From positions 1-54,729 of the forward strand of contig CAYOXW010000002.1 in NCBI GenBank assembly GCA_964408005.1: a stretch of DNA of 54,729 bases, written 5' to 3'. Shown here in pieces: positions 8,965 through 18,141 of this stretch. The notes under the pieces were generated by a model that worked only from the letters and a program-made list of their open reading frames with translations, ran no database searches and was not told the origin of the DNA. Position numbers and translations under genes: made by a program. How positions within the stretch are numbered: position 1 is the stretch's first letter; each line of letters begins with the position of its first letter. Source of the DNA: an uncultured Methylibium sp. (GTDB lineage: Bacteria; Pseudomonadota; Gammaproteobacteria; Burkholderiales; Burkholderiaceae_C).

Positions 8965-10083
8965 ATGAAGAGTCCCGAGTACGGCTCCTACATCCCGTCT
9001 CTCGATGGGCTGCGCTGCGTCGCGATCCTGCCAGTGTTCCTATCGCACGCGGTGCAGGCCGCGAACCTGCCGAATTTCGTGCCGGGCAACTTCGGCGTGA
9101 CGCTGTTCTTCTTCCTATCGGGCTATCTGATCACGACGCTGATGCGCATGGAATTGCAGCGCAGCGGCACGGTGAGCTTCCGGCTGTTCTATCTGCGGCG
9201 CGCGCTGCGCATCCTTCCGACCTGCTATCTCGTGCTAGGTGCTGCGGCGGTGTTTGGCTGGATTGGCGGGACGATGGATTCATGGTGGCTGCTCGGGCAG
9301 GTCTTTCACCTGACGAACTACCAAGTGATCGCCGGAGGCTGGCAGGCGCCGATCGCGCCGCATACGGCGGTGTTTTGGTCGCTGGCGGTCGAGGAGCACT
9401 TCTACCTGCTGTTCCCGGCGCTGTTCCTGGCAGTAGCGCGCGCACTGCCGCATCGGCGGCTTGCGGTTGCGCTGGCTGTCGTGTGCGTGCTGGTGTTCGT
9501 CTGGCGCTGTCTGCTGACCTTCGTCCTGGGCGCCTCGTTCGACCGCACCTATCTGGCGACCGATACGCGCATCGATTCGATCCTGTTTGGTTGCATCCTC
9601 GCGCTGCACGGCAACCCGGTCCTCGACCCGACGCGCTTCTCGGAAGCCACCTGGAAGCGGGTGTTGCTGCCGCTGTCGCTCGCCGGTCTGCTGCTGTCCT
9701 TCGCCACGCTGGACCGAGCCTTGCGCGAGACCGTTGGTTACACCCTCCAGGGTCTGTGTCTGTATGCGGTCTTCATCACCGCGATCCGCTACCCGGAGTG
9801 GTGGCCGATGCGGCTGCTGAACCTGCCGCTGGTGCGCTGGCTCGGCGTGCTGAGCTACTCGATCTACCTGGTACACCCATCGATGCTGGCGATTGCGAAG
9901 GCGCTGGTCGGGACAGATGTCGTCCCGATGGCGGGCCTGGCCGCGGCTCTGACGGTTGCGGTCGCTGCGCTGCTGTATTACGCCGTCGAGCGTCCGCTCG
10001 GGCGCCTGCGCAAGCGCTTCAGCGTGCTGGCGGGCGCGGCGGCTGCGCCCGCAGGCGTGCGCGCACGGGCGATGGCGAATTGA
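8965..10083 (+). CDS. Acyltransferase 3 family (OafA-like) membrane O-acyltransferase
   Basis: SLDGLR, GVTLFFFLSGYLIT, FYLRRALRILP, WSLAVEEHFY, SYSIYLVH and VERP motifs. Confidence 0.92.
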   Translation: MKSPEYGSYIPSLDGLRCVAILPVFLSHAVQAANLPNFVPGNFGVTLFFFLSGYLITTLMRMELQRSGTVSFRLFYLRRALRILPTCYLVLGAAAVFGWIGGTMDSWWLLGQVFHLTNYQVIAGGWQAPIAPHTAVFWSLAVEEHFYLLFPALFLAVARALPHRRLAVALAVVCVLVFVWRCLLTFVLGASFDRTYLATDTRIDSILFGCILALHGNPVLDPTRFSEATWKRVLLPLSLAGLLLSFATLDRALRETVGYTLQGLCLYAVFITAIRYPEWWPMRLLNLPLVRWLGVLSYSIYLVHPSMLAIAKALVGTDVVPMAGLAAALTVAVAALLYYAVERPLGRLRKRFSVLAGAAAAPAGVRARAMAN

Positions 10084-10249
10084 GTGCTGACCACGTTCAA
10101 AAGTCCCGCTCGCTGCCGGACCTTGGCGCATCGGCGCGCGCTGGCGAGGACATTTTGAAGCACCGCGACGCTGGTTGGGCACAGCCGTACCGTGACATGA
10201 GCGCCGGCCCGCAGGGGTGGGGGGCGCGGTCGACGAGAGGCGAGCCAAC

Positions 10250-11587
10250 ATGAAGGAGTTCCTGCGGCGGCACATGCGCGGCGAACTCTTCACCGCGAGC
10301 TACAGCTTTGCGGCGGTCGCGCTGATCAAGCTCGCCAGCAGCATCATCACGACCCGGCTGCTATACCCCGAGGCCTACGGCATCGTCAGCATGATCGCGG
10401 CGATCGCGTTCGTGCTGGAGATGATGTCCGACCTCGGGGCGATGACGTTGATGGTGCGTCATCCGAAGGCGGAGGAAGCCGCATACATCAACACCGCTTG
10501 GACGCTGAAGCTGATCCGCGGGCTGGTCAACGCCAGCTTGCTGATGCTCGCGGCGCCCTGGCTGGCTGCGTTCTACGAGACACCGGCGCTGGAGCCGGCG
10601 CTGCGCCTGTACGCGCTGTGTTTCGTGATCGACGGGTTCGAGTCGATGGCTTTCATGCTCGCGATCCGGCGTCAGCGATCGAGCGTGTTCAACCTCTGCG
10701 AACTGCTCGCGGTCGCTGTCACGACCGCCGCGTCAGTCGGGCTGGCTCTGGTGCTGCGCAATCACTACGCGATCGTGATCGGGATGATCGTCCACCGCCT
10801 GCTGATGACCACGGCGAGCCATCTGCTGTACCGTGAGCACCGACCCCGACTGCAGATCGACCGCGCCGCCGCTGCAGAGCTGCTGCAGATCACCAAGTTC
10901 GTGCTGCCAGCGAGCATCCTGACCTTGCTGATGACGCAGTACGACAAGGCAGTGTTCCTGAAGCTGTTCGACCTGCGCCTGCTGGGGCTGTATGGGCTCG
11001 CGATGGGCATCGCCCAGATCGTCGATCAGCGGGTGGTCCGTCTCGCGCGCACGGTGTTGTTCCCACGCTGTGCCGAGGCGTTCCGGCAGGATCCAGCTGG
11101 AGTCCGCGAGGTCTACTACCGCGGCAATGCTCGCTACCATGCGCTGGCCTTGGGGGTGCCGGCGGCGCTCGGGGGAATCGCGCCGGCGCTCGTGACGGTG
11201 GCCTTCGATCCGCGCTACGAGTACGCAGGATTCATCCTGCAGCTCCTCGGTGTGCGCAGTGTGCTGATTTCGCTGGCCAGTTCGTCGGAGGTGGTGCTGA
11301 CGGCCGTGGGACACGTCAAGTTGCACATGGTCGCGAATTTGGCGCGTCTGGCGTGGCTTGTGATGGCAAGCTTGGCCGGTTACTGGCTCGGCGGGTTCGA
11401 GGGTTTCCTGTACGGGGTCGCGTCCGAGCCACTCGGCGCACTGGCTGTCTACCTGGCAGCACAGCGCCGGGAGCGGCTTGTCGATGCGGCGCATGAACTG
11501 ATGCGCTGGGGGTATGCCGCCGCCATTTTTGCAGTCGTGCTCGGTGTTGCCGAGCTCGTGCTTCGTGGTGTGACCCTGCTGCACTGA
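10250..11587 (+). CDS. wzx: Oligosaccharide flippase (Wzx/PST family)
   Basis: TRLLYPEAYG, SDLG, NTAWTL..IRG, QYDK...LGLYGLA; about 12 TM segments. Confidence 0.85.
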   Translation: MKEFLRRHMRGELFTASYSFAAVALIKLASSIITTRLLYPEAYGIVSMIAAIAFVLEMMSDLGAMTLMVRHPKAEEAAYINTAWTLKLIRGLVNASLLMLAAPWLAAFYETPALEPALRLYALCFVIDGFESMAFMLAIRRQRSSVFNLCELLAVAVTTAASVGLALVLRNHYAIVIGMIVHRLLMTTASHLLYREHRPRLQIDRAAAAELLQITKFVLPASILTLLMTQYDKAVFLKLFDLRLLGLYGLAMGIAQIVDQRVVRLARTVLFPRCAEAFRQDPAGVREVYYRGNARYHALALGVPAALGGIAPALVTVAFDPRYEYAGFILQLLGVRSVLISLASSSEVVLTAVGHVKLHMVANLARLAWLVMASLAGYWLGGFEGFLYGVASEPLGALAVYLAAQRRERLVDAAHELMRWGYAAAIFAVVLGVAELVLRGVTLLH

Positions 11588-11682
11588 TGGGCGCCCGGGC
11601 GGGGCGGCGGCGCAGCCGCTGTTGCGCCCCGGCTCCTTGCCGCATGGAGCCGCAGGCCTTTGGCCACACTTGCTTTCCTATC

Positions 11683-12648
11683 ATGCAAACGACGTTGTCC
11701 GCCGAGCAACCGCTGGTCTTTATCGCTGGGGCGTTGCGGTCCGGGTCGACTCTGCTGACCCTGATGCTGGCGCGCCATCCGGCGCTCGACTGCCCGGGCG
11801 AGTTCGACTACCTGTTCGATGCCTTTCCTCCCGATTGCGGCATCGAGGAGGTGAACGGCATGTCGGCGAGCCGCTTTGACGACATGCTGGCCGAACACCA
11901 AGGGTTCATGATGCGTCACACGGGGACGATGGAGATCGGCTCGACGATGGTCGACCGGTTGTGTCGCCACGTTGCAGCCTTGCGCCCCGAGGGCAAGACC
12001 CTGGCCTTGTGCCTGCACCGAGACTTCGTCACCGCCCGTGAGGTGTTTCCGAGCGCGCGCTTCCTGCACCTGCTGCGCGATCCGCGCGATTGCTCCCGCT
12101 CGGCCATGGCCATGGGCTGGGCGGGCAACGTGTATCACGGTCTGGGGCCGTGGCTGCGTGCCGAAGAGAGCTGGGATCGTGTGCAGCCGCAGTTGCGACC
12201 CGACCAGTATCTGGAGGTGCGCTATGAAGAACTGGTCGCGGAACCGCAGCGCGTGCTGACGCGAATCTGCCACTTCCTCGGCCTGCCCTTCGACCCGCAT
12301 ATGCTCGACCTGTCGGGGACGACCTACGAAACGCCCTCGGTCCGTTTTGCCGACCAGTGGCGCCGCAGCATGAGTCTGGCCGACGAGGCCCTGATCGTGG
12401 CGCGGGTCGGCGAGCTGATGCGTCGGCGTGGCTACGAGCCGAGGGCCGGGGTCGGCGGTCCGCCGGGACATCTCGCCCGCTGCTACCTTGGCGTACAGGA
12501 TCGCTTGATAAGGCATCGCTTCCGGCAGCGCCGCTACGGCGCCAGGCTGTACCTGCGCGAACTGCTGACGCGCAAGCTCGGCTGGGCGTCAGCGCACCGG
12601 GCCATCGCGCACGACATCCTCGAGATCGACAAGCGCTACATGAAGTAG
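11683..12648 (+). CDS. PAPS-dependent sulfotransferase
   Basis: 5'-PSB loop FIAGALRSGSTLL, 3'-PB motif HLLRDPRDCSRS, VRYEELVAEP..ICHFLGL. Confidence 0.9.
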   Translation: MQTTLSAEQPLVFIAGALRSGSTLLTLMLARHPALDCPGEFDYLFDAFPPDCGIEEVNGMSASRFDDMLAEHQGFMMRHTGTMEIGSTMVDRLCRHVAALRPEGKTLALCLHRDFVTAREVFPSARFLHLLRDPRDCSRSAMAMGWAGNVYHGLGPWLRAEESWDRVQPQLRPDQYLEVRYEELVAEPQRVLTRICHFLGLPFDPHMLDLSGTTYETPSVRFADQWRRSMSLADEALIVARVGELMRRRGYEPRAGVGGPPGHLARCYLGVQDRLIRHRFRQRRYGARLYLRELLTRKLGWASAHRAIAHDILEIDKRYMK

Positions 12649-12683
12649 CAGCAAGCGCTGCGTCCACGCGTCTTGTTGCGGCG

Positions 12684-12711
12684 CACCAAACATGGCGTTA
12701 CATCTTTGGTG
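12684..12711. promoter_or_regulatory. AT-rich imperfect inverted repeat upstream of the G8 gene (possible operator or hairpin)
   Basis: CACCAAACATG-gcgtta-CATCTTTGGTG: 11-bp arms with one mismatch, in a relatively AT-rich intergenic gap. Confidence 0.35.
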
Positions 12712-12844
12712 GGGCCACTTACCAATCGGGCCTAAATCCGTCCGTACCCGTCGGTTCTACTAGCCCCCGTCGCAGGATGCGGCGCTCGCAGCGCGGCACC
12801 GAGTGAACAGCGGTTTCACCAGCGCTTTGCGGGGCATTTTGTTG

Positions 12845-15757
12845 ATGATGCATTTGATCGTGCGGCGGTCGTTTTTTGGGGCGACCTTGGCGCTGGTTCT
12901 GGGATTGGCGGCATGCGGGGGTGGCGAGCGGGAGGTGTCCGAGGTCGCGGATACGCAGACCGAGGCTGCGGCCGCGACCTATGAGTGGGTCCGTGTGGCC
13001 GCCCAGGGCGAAAGCTTCAATGTCGTGCCGCAGCAGTGGGTACGCTATGGCGCGAATGGTCTGTGGGTGCGCCGCCTCGTCTCGGGCGCCGCGAGCTGCA
13101 GCACGTCCTTCTTCGGCAGCGATCCGGCCCCAGGGGTGGTGAAAGCCTGCCAATTGCAGGTCGACACCTCGGTGCCGCTGGCGCCTGGCGAGTACCGCTG
13201 GTCGGACCGCTCGACCTGGGGCGGGCCGGTCCCGGGTGCCGGCGCCGATGTGGTGATCCCGGTCGGCCGCACGGTCATCCTCGACACCAACACCGCGGCC
13301 CTTGGCACGCTGCGCGTCGAGGGGACGCTGCGGTTCGCCCAAGACCGCGACCTGAGCCTGACGGCGCGCGCGATCCGCGTCTCCGGGGCCCTGCGCATCG
13401 GCTCGGCGGCCGAGCCGTATACGCGCCGCGCGACCATCACGCTCAACGGCGCGCCTGCGGCCGTCAACGATGGGGTGTCTCGCGGCCTGCTGGTGGAGAA
13501 CGGCGCGCTGCAGATTTACGCCGCCACTCCGCAGCCGGCCTGGACCAAGCTCGCGGCGCATGCCGACGCCGGCACCACGGCGCTCACGCTGGCCCAGCAG
13601 ACCAACTGGCGCGCCGGGCAGTCCGTCGTGGTCGCGCCGACCGACTTCTACGGGCGGGACGAATCGCAGCGCCTCGTGCTCTCCGGTGGAGCCGGCAGCA
13701 GCGTGTCGACCACCGCAGGACTGGCCTCGTTCCGCTGGGGGCGACTGCAGTACATGGGCCGCGCGGGCATGAGCCTGACACCCGATCCCGACTACGTGCC
13801 GCTGACACCGACGACGCCCACCACCCTCGACGAGCGTGCGGTGGTCGCGAACCTGAGCCGCAACGTCGTGATCCAGGCGCCGGCCGATGCCTACTGGAGC
13901 AACAACGGCTTCGGTGCGCACCTGATGATCATGGGGATCGGCTCGCGCGTGGTCGTCGACGGCGTGGAGTTCCGCCGCGTCGGGCAGGCCGGCGTGCTCG
14001 GTCGCTATCCCTTCCACTGGCACATGCTCAGCTACGCGCCGAGCACGGGTGCGCTGATCGGCGACGCGGTCGGGCATGTGCTGCGCAACAGCACGATCTG
14101 GGACTCGGCCAACCGCTGCGTGGTCGTGCATGGCACCAATGGCGTGCGTGTCAGCAACAACATCTGCTACGACATCCGGGGCCATGCCTTTTTCCTCGAA
14201 GACGGCTCGGAGCGCCGCAACGTGTTCGAAGGCAATGTCGCCTTGCGCATGCGCGCGCCGCCGGCCAACCGGCGCCTGCAGGTGCACGAGCGCGAAGGCT
14301 TCCAGAACGGGCCCTCCGGCTTCTGGCTGACCAATCCGGACAACGTGGTGCGCAACAACCTCGCCGGCGATGCGGCAGGCAACGGCTTCTGGCTGTCCTA
14401 TCGGCACACGCCGCTGGGCCTGTCGGCACGGGTGCCGGTCTTCCCGGACCGCCTGCCGCATGGCGAGTTCAACAACAACACCGCGCATTCGAACCGCGGC
14501 CCCGGCTTGCTGCTCGACTGGGTGCCAGTCGACGCCGCGGGCAACCTGACGACCAACCGCTACACGCCGACGGCCGACGGCAGCGACAACATCGCGTTGA
14601 ACAACCAGGTGCGTTTCACGCTGTCGCGCATCACGTCCTTCAAGAACCTCGACGGGGCTTACCGCAATCGCTCCCAGCGTCCCAGCTATGTCGAGTGGGT
14701 GACGGCGGACAACGTCGGCACGCATTTCGCCGGTGCGGGCGACTTCGGCCTGATCACCCGCGGCCTGATGGTCGGCTACAGCCTGAACAACCGGACGGCC
14801 TACCCCGGTGGATCGACCTCGGAGCGGCCGTCGGCGTTTGCGACCTACCACTCGACCTTCGACCTGAGCAGCAACACGGTCGTCAACTTTCCTGCCGTTA
14901 CCGGACGCGCGGGCGGCGCCTTCAAGACGAACGACTATTACCTCGTCCCGGTGGACAAGGGCCTGGCGCGCAACACCAATAATCGCTTGGTGGCCAGCCA
15001 TGCCGGCTACCGCGAGCCGTCGATCAACCTCGACCCGGCGTCGAGCGCGTCCGTTCCGCTGGCCGGGGCGCTGTGGGACTCTCAGGGCTACTGGGGAGCG
15101 GCGGGCAACTTCTGGGTTTACGACCTTCCTTTCTTCACGGCGGGTGGGCTGTGCACGCCCGTCGAGCCGGCGGGGCGCAACGGCATGAGCTGCAACGGCC
15201 AGTACTTCGGTGTTCACCACATGCAGACCGACTTCGACAACTCGATGTACGCGTTCTCCTCACCGATCGAAGCGATCCGACAGGATGCCAACGGGGCCGA
15301 GATCGGGCGCTGGAGCTGGAGCGGAGGCACCTCGAGCGTCGACCACTTCCAGCACTTCGCGGCCCGCAACGGCGGACGGTACGTCCTGCGCTTCCCGAAC
15401 CGCCCGCTGCCGCGCCGCGTCGCTTTCAGCGTCAGCAATGCCTTCCGGGGGGATGATGCGATGCTGATGGCGGTCAGCTTTGACGGTAGTCGGACCGCGG
15501 CGGGCTATGTGGTGTCGGGCTATACGGCGAACCGTGCGACGGTGAACGCGCCGGGCTATACGCGCCGTTTCCAACAGGCCGCTTCATTGGCGGAAGTGGC
15601 TGCCTCGGGGGGCGACCGTATCTGGCAGGACCGTGCCCGCAACCTGGTGTGGATGCGGATCCAGGGGGGCTTGCCCTACCCGAACCTGTCGATCCTGGCG
15701 CCGAACAGTGACGAGGATCTCTACCGTCCGCTGAACGTAGTGCTGAGCGCGCAGTGA
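12845..15757 (+). CDS. G8-domain / parallel beta-helix lipoprotein, TMEM2/CEMIP-like
   Basis: Signal RRSFF...LAAC; G8 domain (RWSDRSTWGG.VP..GADVVIP...VILD); GRYPFHWH, NRCVVVHGTNG, GHAFFLEDGSE..N, FWLTNPDN and NTAHSN match the TMEM2/CEMIP/fibrocystin-L repeat region as I recall it. Confidence 0.8.
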   Translation: MMHLIVRRSFFGATLALVLGLAACGGGEREVSEVADTQTEAAAATYEWVRVAAQGESFNVVPQQWVRYGANGLWVRRLVSGAASCSTSFFGSDPAPGVVKACQLQVDTSVPLAPGEYRWSDRSTWGGPVPGAGADVVIPVGRTVILDTNTAALGTLRVEGTLRFAQDRDLSLTARAIRVSGALRIGSAAEPYTRRATITLNGAPAAVNDGVSRGLLVENGALQIYAATPQPAWTKLAAHADAGTTALTLAQQTNWRAGQSVVVAPTDFYGRDESQRLVLSGGAGSSVSTTAGLASFRWGRLQYMGRAGMSLTPDPDYVPLTPTTPTTLDERAVVANLSRNVVIQAPADAYWSNNGFGAHLMIMGIGSRVVVDGVEFRRVGQAGVLGRYPFHWHMLSYAPSTGALIGDAVGHVLRNSTIWDSANRCVVVHGTNGVRVSNNICYDIRGHAFFLEDGSERRNVFEGNVALRMRAPPANRRLQVHEREGFQNGPSGFWLTNPDNVVRNNLAGDAAGNGFWLSYRHTPLGLSARVPVFPDRLPHGEFNNNTAHSNRGPGLLLDWVPVDAAGNLTTNRYTPTADGSDNIALNNQVRFTLSRITSFKNLDGAYRNRSQRPSYVEWVTADNVGTHFAGAGDFGLITRGLMVGYSLNNRTAYPGGSTSERPSAFATYHSTFDLSSNTVVNFPAVTGRAGGAFKTNDYYLVPVDKGLARNTNNRLVASHAGYREPSINLDPASSASVPLAGALWDSQGYWGAAGNFWVYDLPFFTAGGLCTPVEPAGRNGMSCNGQYFGVHHMQTDFDNSMYAFSSPIEAIRQDANGAEIGRWSWSGGTSSVDHFQHFAARNGGRYVLRFPNRPLPRRVAFSVSNAFRGDDAMLMAVSFDGSRTAAGYVVSGYTANRATVNAPGYTRRFQQAASLAEVAASGGDRIWQDRARNLVWMRIQGGLPYPNLSILAPNSDEDLYRPLNVVLSAQ

Positions 15758-15785
15758 CGCGGCAGCCGCTGAGCAGGCGGCAGTG

Positions 15786-16493
15786 TCAAAGGGGAGTCTC
15801 GCCCCCCGGTGCGCCGATGAAGCGCTGGCGCTGTGCCGCCGACAGCGCGGACAGCAGGTCGACTACGAAGCGGTCGTGCTGGGCGAAGGCGGCGGGCGAG
15901 TCGGTGTCGATCGAAGAAACGCGCACAAGCAGCCCGTCGGGTACGCGGCCGGTCAGTGACAGCCGCAACTCGATCAGTCGCCGCTCCATCCGGCTGCCGC
16001 TGCGCAGCACGACGTCCCCGAAGTTGAACCAGTAGGTGACTGGCTCGACGCGCGCGCCGCGACTCATCTCGAGCCGTTGGGCCGATACCGCTCCGAAGGG
16101 CGTAGCGATCGGGCGCACGGTCTGTGAGGCGACGGCAAAACCTTGAGCCGGATAGCAGACTTCAGGCAGGTGTGCCTGCAGGCCACCGCGCTGATCATCG
16201 CCGTAGGCCAGCGAGAGCATCACGTGGTAACCACGGTCGTCCACATAGGTCCGGTTCAGCATCTGGCTGTAGATCTTGTCCAGCAGCTGTTGCGCCTGCG
16301 GATTGACAACGAGCGTCGTCGACTGCGGAACCTCGCGCCATGGGCCGAACTGGGTGGGAACGATGCCGTCGATCCGCTCGTGCTGCCCGGCGGGTGCCGC
16401 GACGATGCGGGTCGGGTCGAAGGTCAGTCCGGCGATCGAGGCTCCGGCCATCAGCCCCAGTGCAACCACAGCCGTTCGTCGGGAGGTCGTCAC
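15786..16493 (-). CDS. epsI: Exosortase-associated protein EpsI (B-type)
   Basis: VPTQFGPW, KIYSQMLNRTY, MLSLAYG.DQ...QAHLPEVCYPAQGF, EPVTYW, PDGLLVRVSSI; GTG start after RBS GAAAGGA. Confidence 0.9.
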   Translation of the reverse strand: MTTSRRTAVVALGLMAGASIAGLTFDPTRIVAAPAGQHERIDGIVPTQFGPWREVPQSTTLVVNPQAQQLLDKIYSQMLNRTYVDDRGYHVMLSLAYGDDQRGGLQAHLPEVCYPAQGFAVASQTVRPIATPFGAVSAQRLEMSRGARVEPVTYWFNFGDVVLRSGSRMERRLIELRLSLTGRVPDGLLVRVSSIDTDSPAAFAQHDRFVVDLLSALSAAQRQRFIGAPGGETPL

Positions 16494-17344
16494 ACGGTGG
16501 TCCTTTCGGTCAGTGCCGAGCGCTGCAGCCGCCATAGCGAATCGTCCACGTGGCGCCAGCCGTCCATGCCACCGGCACACAGCCCTTTGAACAACCACAG
16601 CGGATCACCACCCTCCACCTTGATGCGCGGCAGCCGGGCCGCATCGGCGCCACGGCGTACAACGCCGTGCTGTGCGATGAAGACGCTGCGATAGCCGCAC
16701 TCGGTCAACAGCCGTGCGGTTGCCAGACTTTCGTCCGGACGCATGCCGAAGGGGTAGGCAAAGCTGTCGACGGCGGTGCCGGTGCAGTGCTCCAGCAGTT
16801 CCTTCGAACGGCATGCCTCGTCGCGGGCTTGCTCGGCTGGCAGCCTGGCCATCGAGCGGTGGGTGTGCGCATGCGAGCCGACGGTGATGCCGGCTTCTCG
16901 CAGTCGTGCGACCTCGTCCCAGCGCAGGTAGCGCTCGTCGGGGCCCTCGATGCCGATGAGCGCCGTCGTGATGAAGGCCACCGACGGAATGCCGTGACGC
17001 TGCATGATCGGTGCGGCGATACGCCAGACGCTGCTGAAGCCGTCATCCATCGTGACCAGCACCGACCCGTCGGCGAGCGGCTTGTCGCCACGTGTGAAGG
17101 CCAGCACGTCGTCCAGCGACACGGCGCGGCCCTGCGCTGCCAACCACTGCATCTGTGCCTCGAAATCGGCCGGAGTGACGCACCACGGGTCGCGATCGCT
17201 GTGACCGAAGCGGTGATAGGTCAGCACGCGAACCGTCGGCTCCGCCGCGTCGCGGGATCGCAGCGCCGCACCGGCCCAACTGCCTGCCACGATCGCTCGG
17301 CGAGCCGACTTCTTGGCCAGCCAGCGATGGCGTGCGATCGTCAT
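16490..17344 (-). CDS. Polysaccharide deacetylase (CE4/NodB)
   Basis: LTYH, TMDDG, GSHAHTH and FAYPFG motifs; ATGA overlap with the upstream gene. Confidence 0.9.
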   Translation of the reverse strand: MTIARHRWLAKKSARRAIVAGSWAGAALRSRDAAEPTVRVLTYHRFGHSDRDPWCVTPADFEAQMQWLAAQGRAVSLDDVLAFTRGDKPLADGSVLVTMDDGFSSVWRIAAPIMQRHGIPSVAFITTALIGIEGPDERYLRWDEVARLREAGITVGSHAHTHRSMARLPAEQARDEACRSKELLEHCTGTAVDSFAYPFGMRPDESLATARLLTECGYRSVFIAQHGVVRRGADAARLPRIKVEGGDPLWLFKGLCAGGMDGWRHVDDSLWRLQRSALTERTTV

Positions 17345-18141
17345 GCGAGCGGCCTCGCGTCGGCACCGCGCCAGCGGCTCCACAGCACGCGGGCCAGGAA
17401 TTTCGGGTTGCCGATCAGATAACGGCGGGCCTTGTGCGGCTGGCGCAGCAGCAGGTGCAGCCATTCGTAGCCGATCGCGCGCACCCAGCGCGGCGCGCGC
17501 ACGAGGTCGCCGACCCAGTAGTCGAACAGCCCGCCGGTGCCCATGCACATCGGCACGCTCAGCTGCGGCAGGTGGCGCGCGATCCACTGCTCCTGCTTCG
17601 GGTTGCCCATGCCGACCAGCAGCAGATGGGCGCCCGAGGCGTTGATGCGCTGCACCACCGCGGCCGACTCCTCGGCATCGAGGTAGCCGTGGTGGTGACC
17701 GGCCAGCGTCCAGCCGCTGAAGCGGCGCTCGGCATGGGCCGCGGCACGTTCGATGCGCTCGGGCGTGTTGCCGAGCAGGAAGTAGCGCAGCCCGCGTCCG
17801 GCCAGGGACTCGAACAGCAGCGGCACGAGGTCGGTGCCGTTGACGTTGTCGCGCAGCCGGACCCCGTGCAGCAGCCGCGCGGCCCAGCGCACGCCGGTGC
17901 CGTCGCCGAAGACCCGCTGGGCGCCGGCCAGCGTCGCGCGGTAGCCGGGTTCGTCGCAGGCAAGGTTGAGCGTGTGGGCGTTGACGAAGAAGACGGCCTG
18001 CGCGGTCCGGCGCTCGGCGGTCAGGGCGCCTTCGAGCCAGGCGAGCGCCTGAGCCATGGTCCAGTCCGTGACCGGCACGCCGAGGACGGACAGGCGCTCC
18101 GGCCCTGCCGTCGGCACGGGCGCGGAGACGATGGCACTCAC
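17341..18141 (-). CDS. WecB/TagA/CpsF family glycosyltransferase
   Basis: FFVNAH, DGTGV, NVNGTDL, LVGMGNPKQE, GGLFD, RAP...EW..L..P..RRY; GTGA overlap with the upstream A-domain gene. Confidence 0.92.
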   Translation of the reverse strand: MSAIVSAPVPTAGPERLSVLGVPVTDWTMAQALAWLEGALTAERRTAQAVFFVNAHTLNLACDEPGYRATLAGAQRVFGDGTGVRWAARLLHGVRLRDNVNGTDLVPLLFESLAGRGLRYFLLGNTPERIERAAAHAERRFSGWTLAGHHHGYLDAEESAAVVQRINASGAHLLLVGMGNPKQEQWIARHLPQLSVPMCMGTGGLFDYWVGDLVRAPRWVRAIGYEWLHLLLRQPHKARRYLIGNPKFLARVLWSRWRGADARPLA

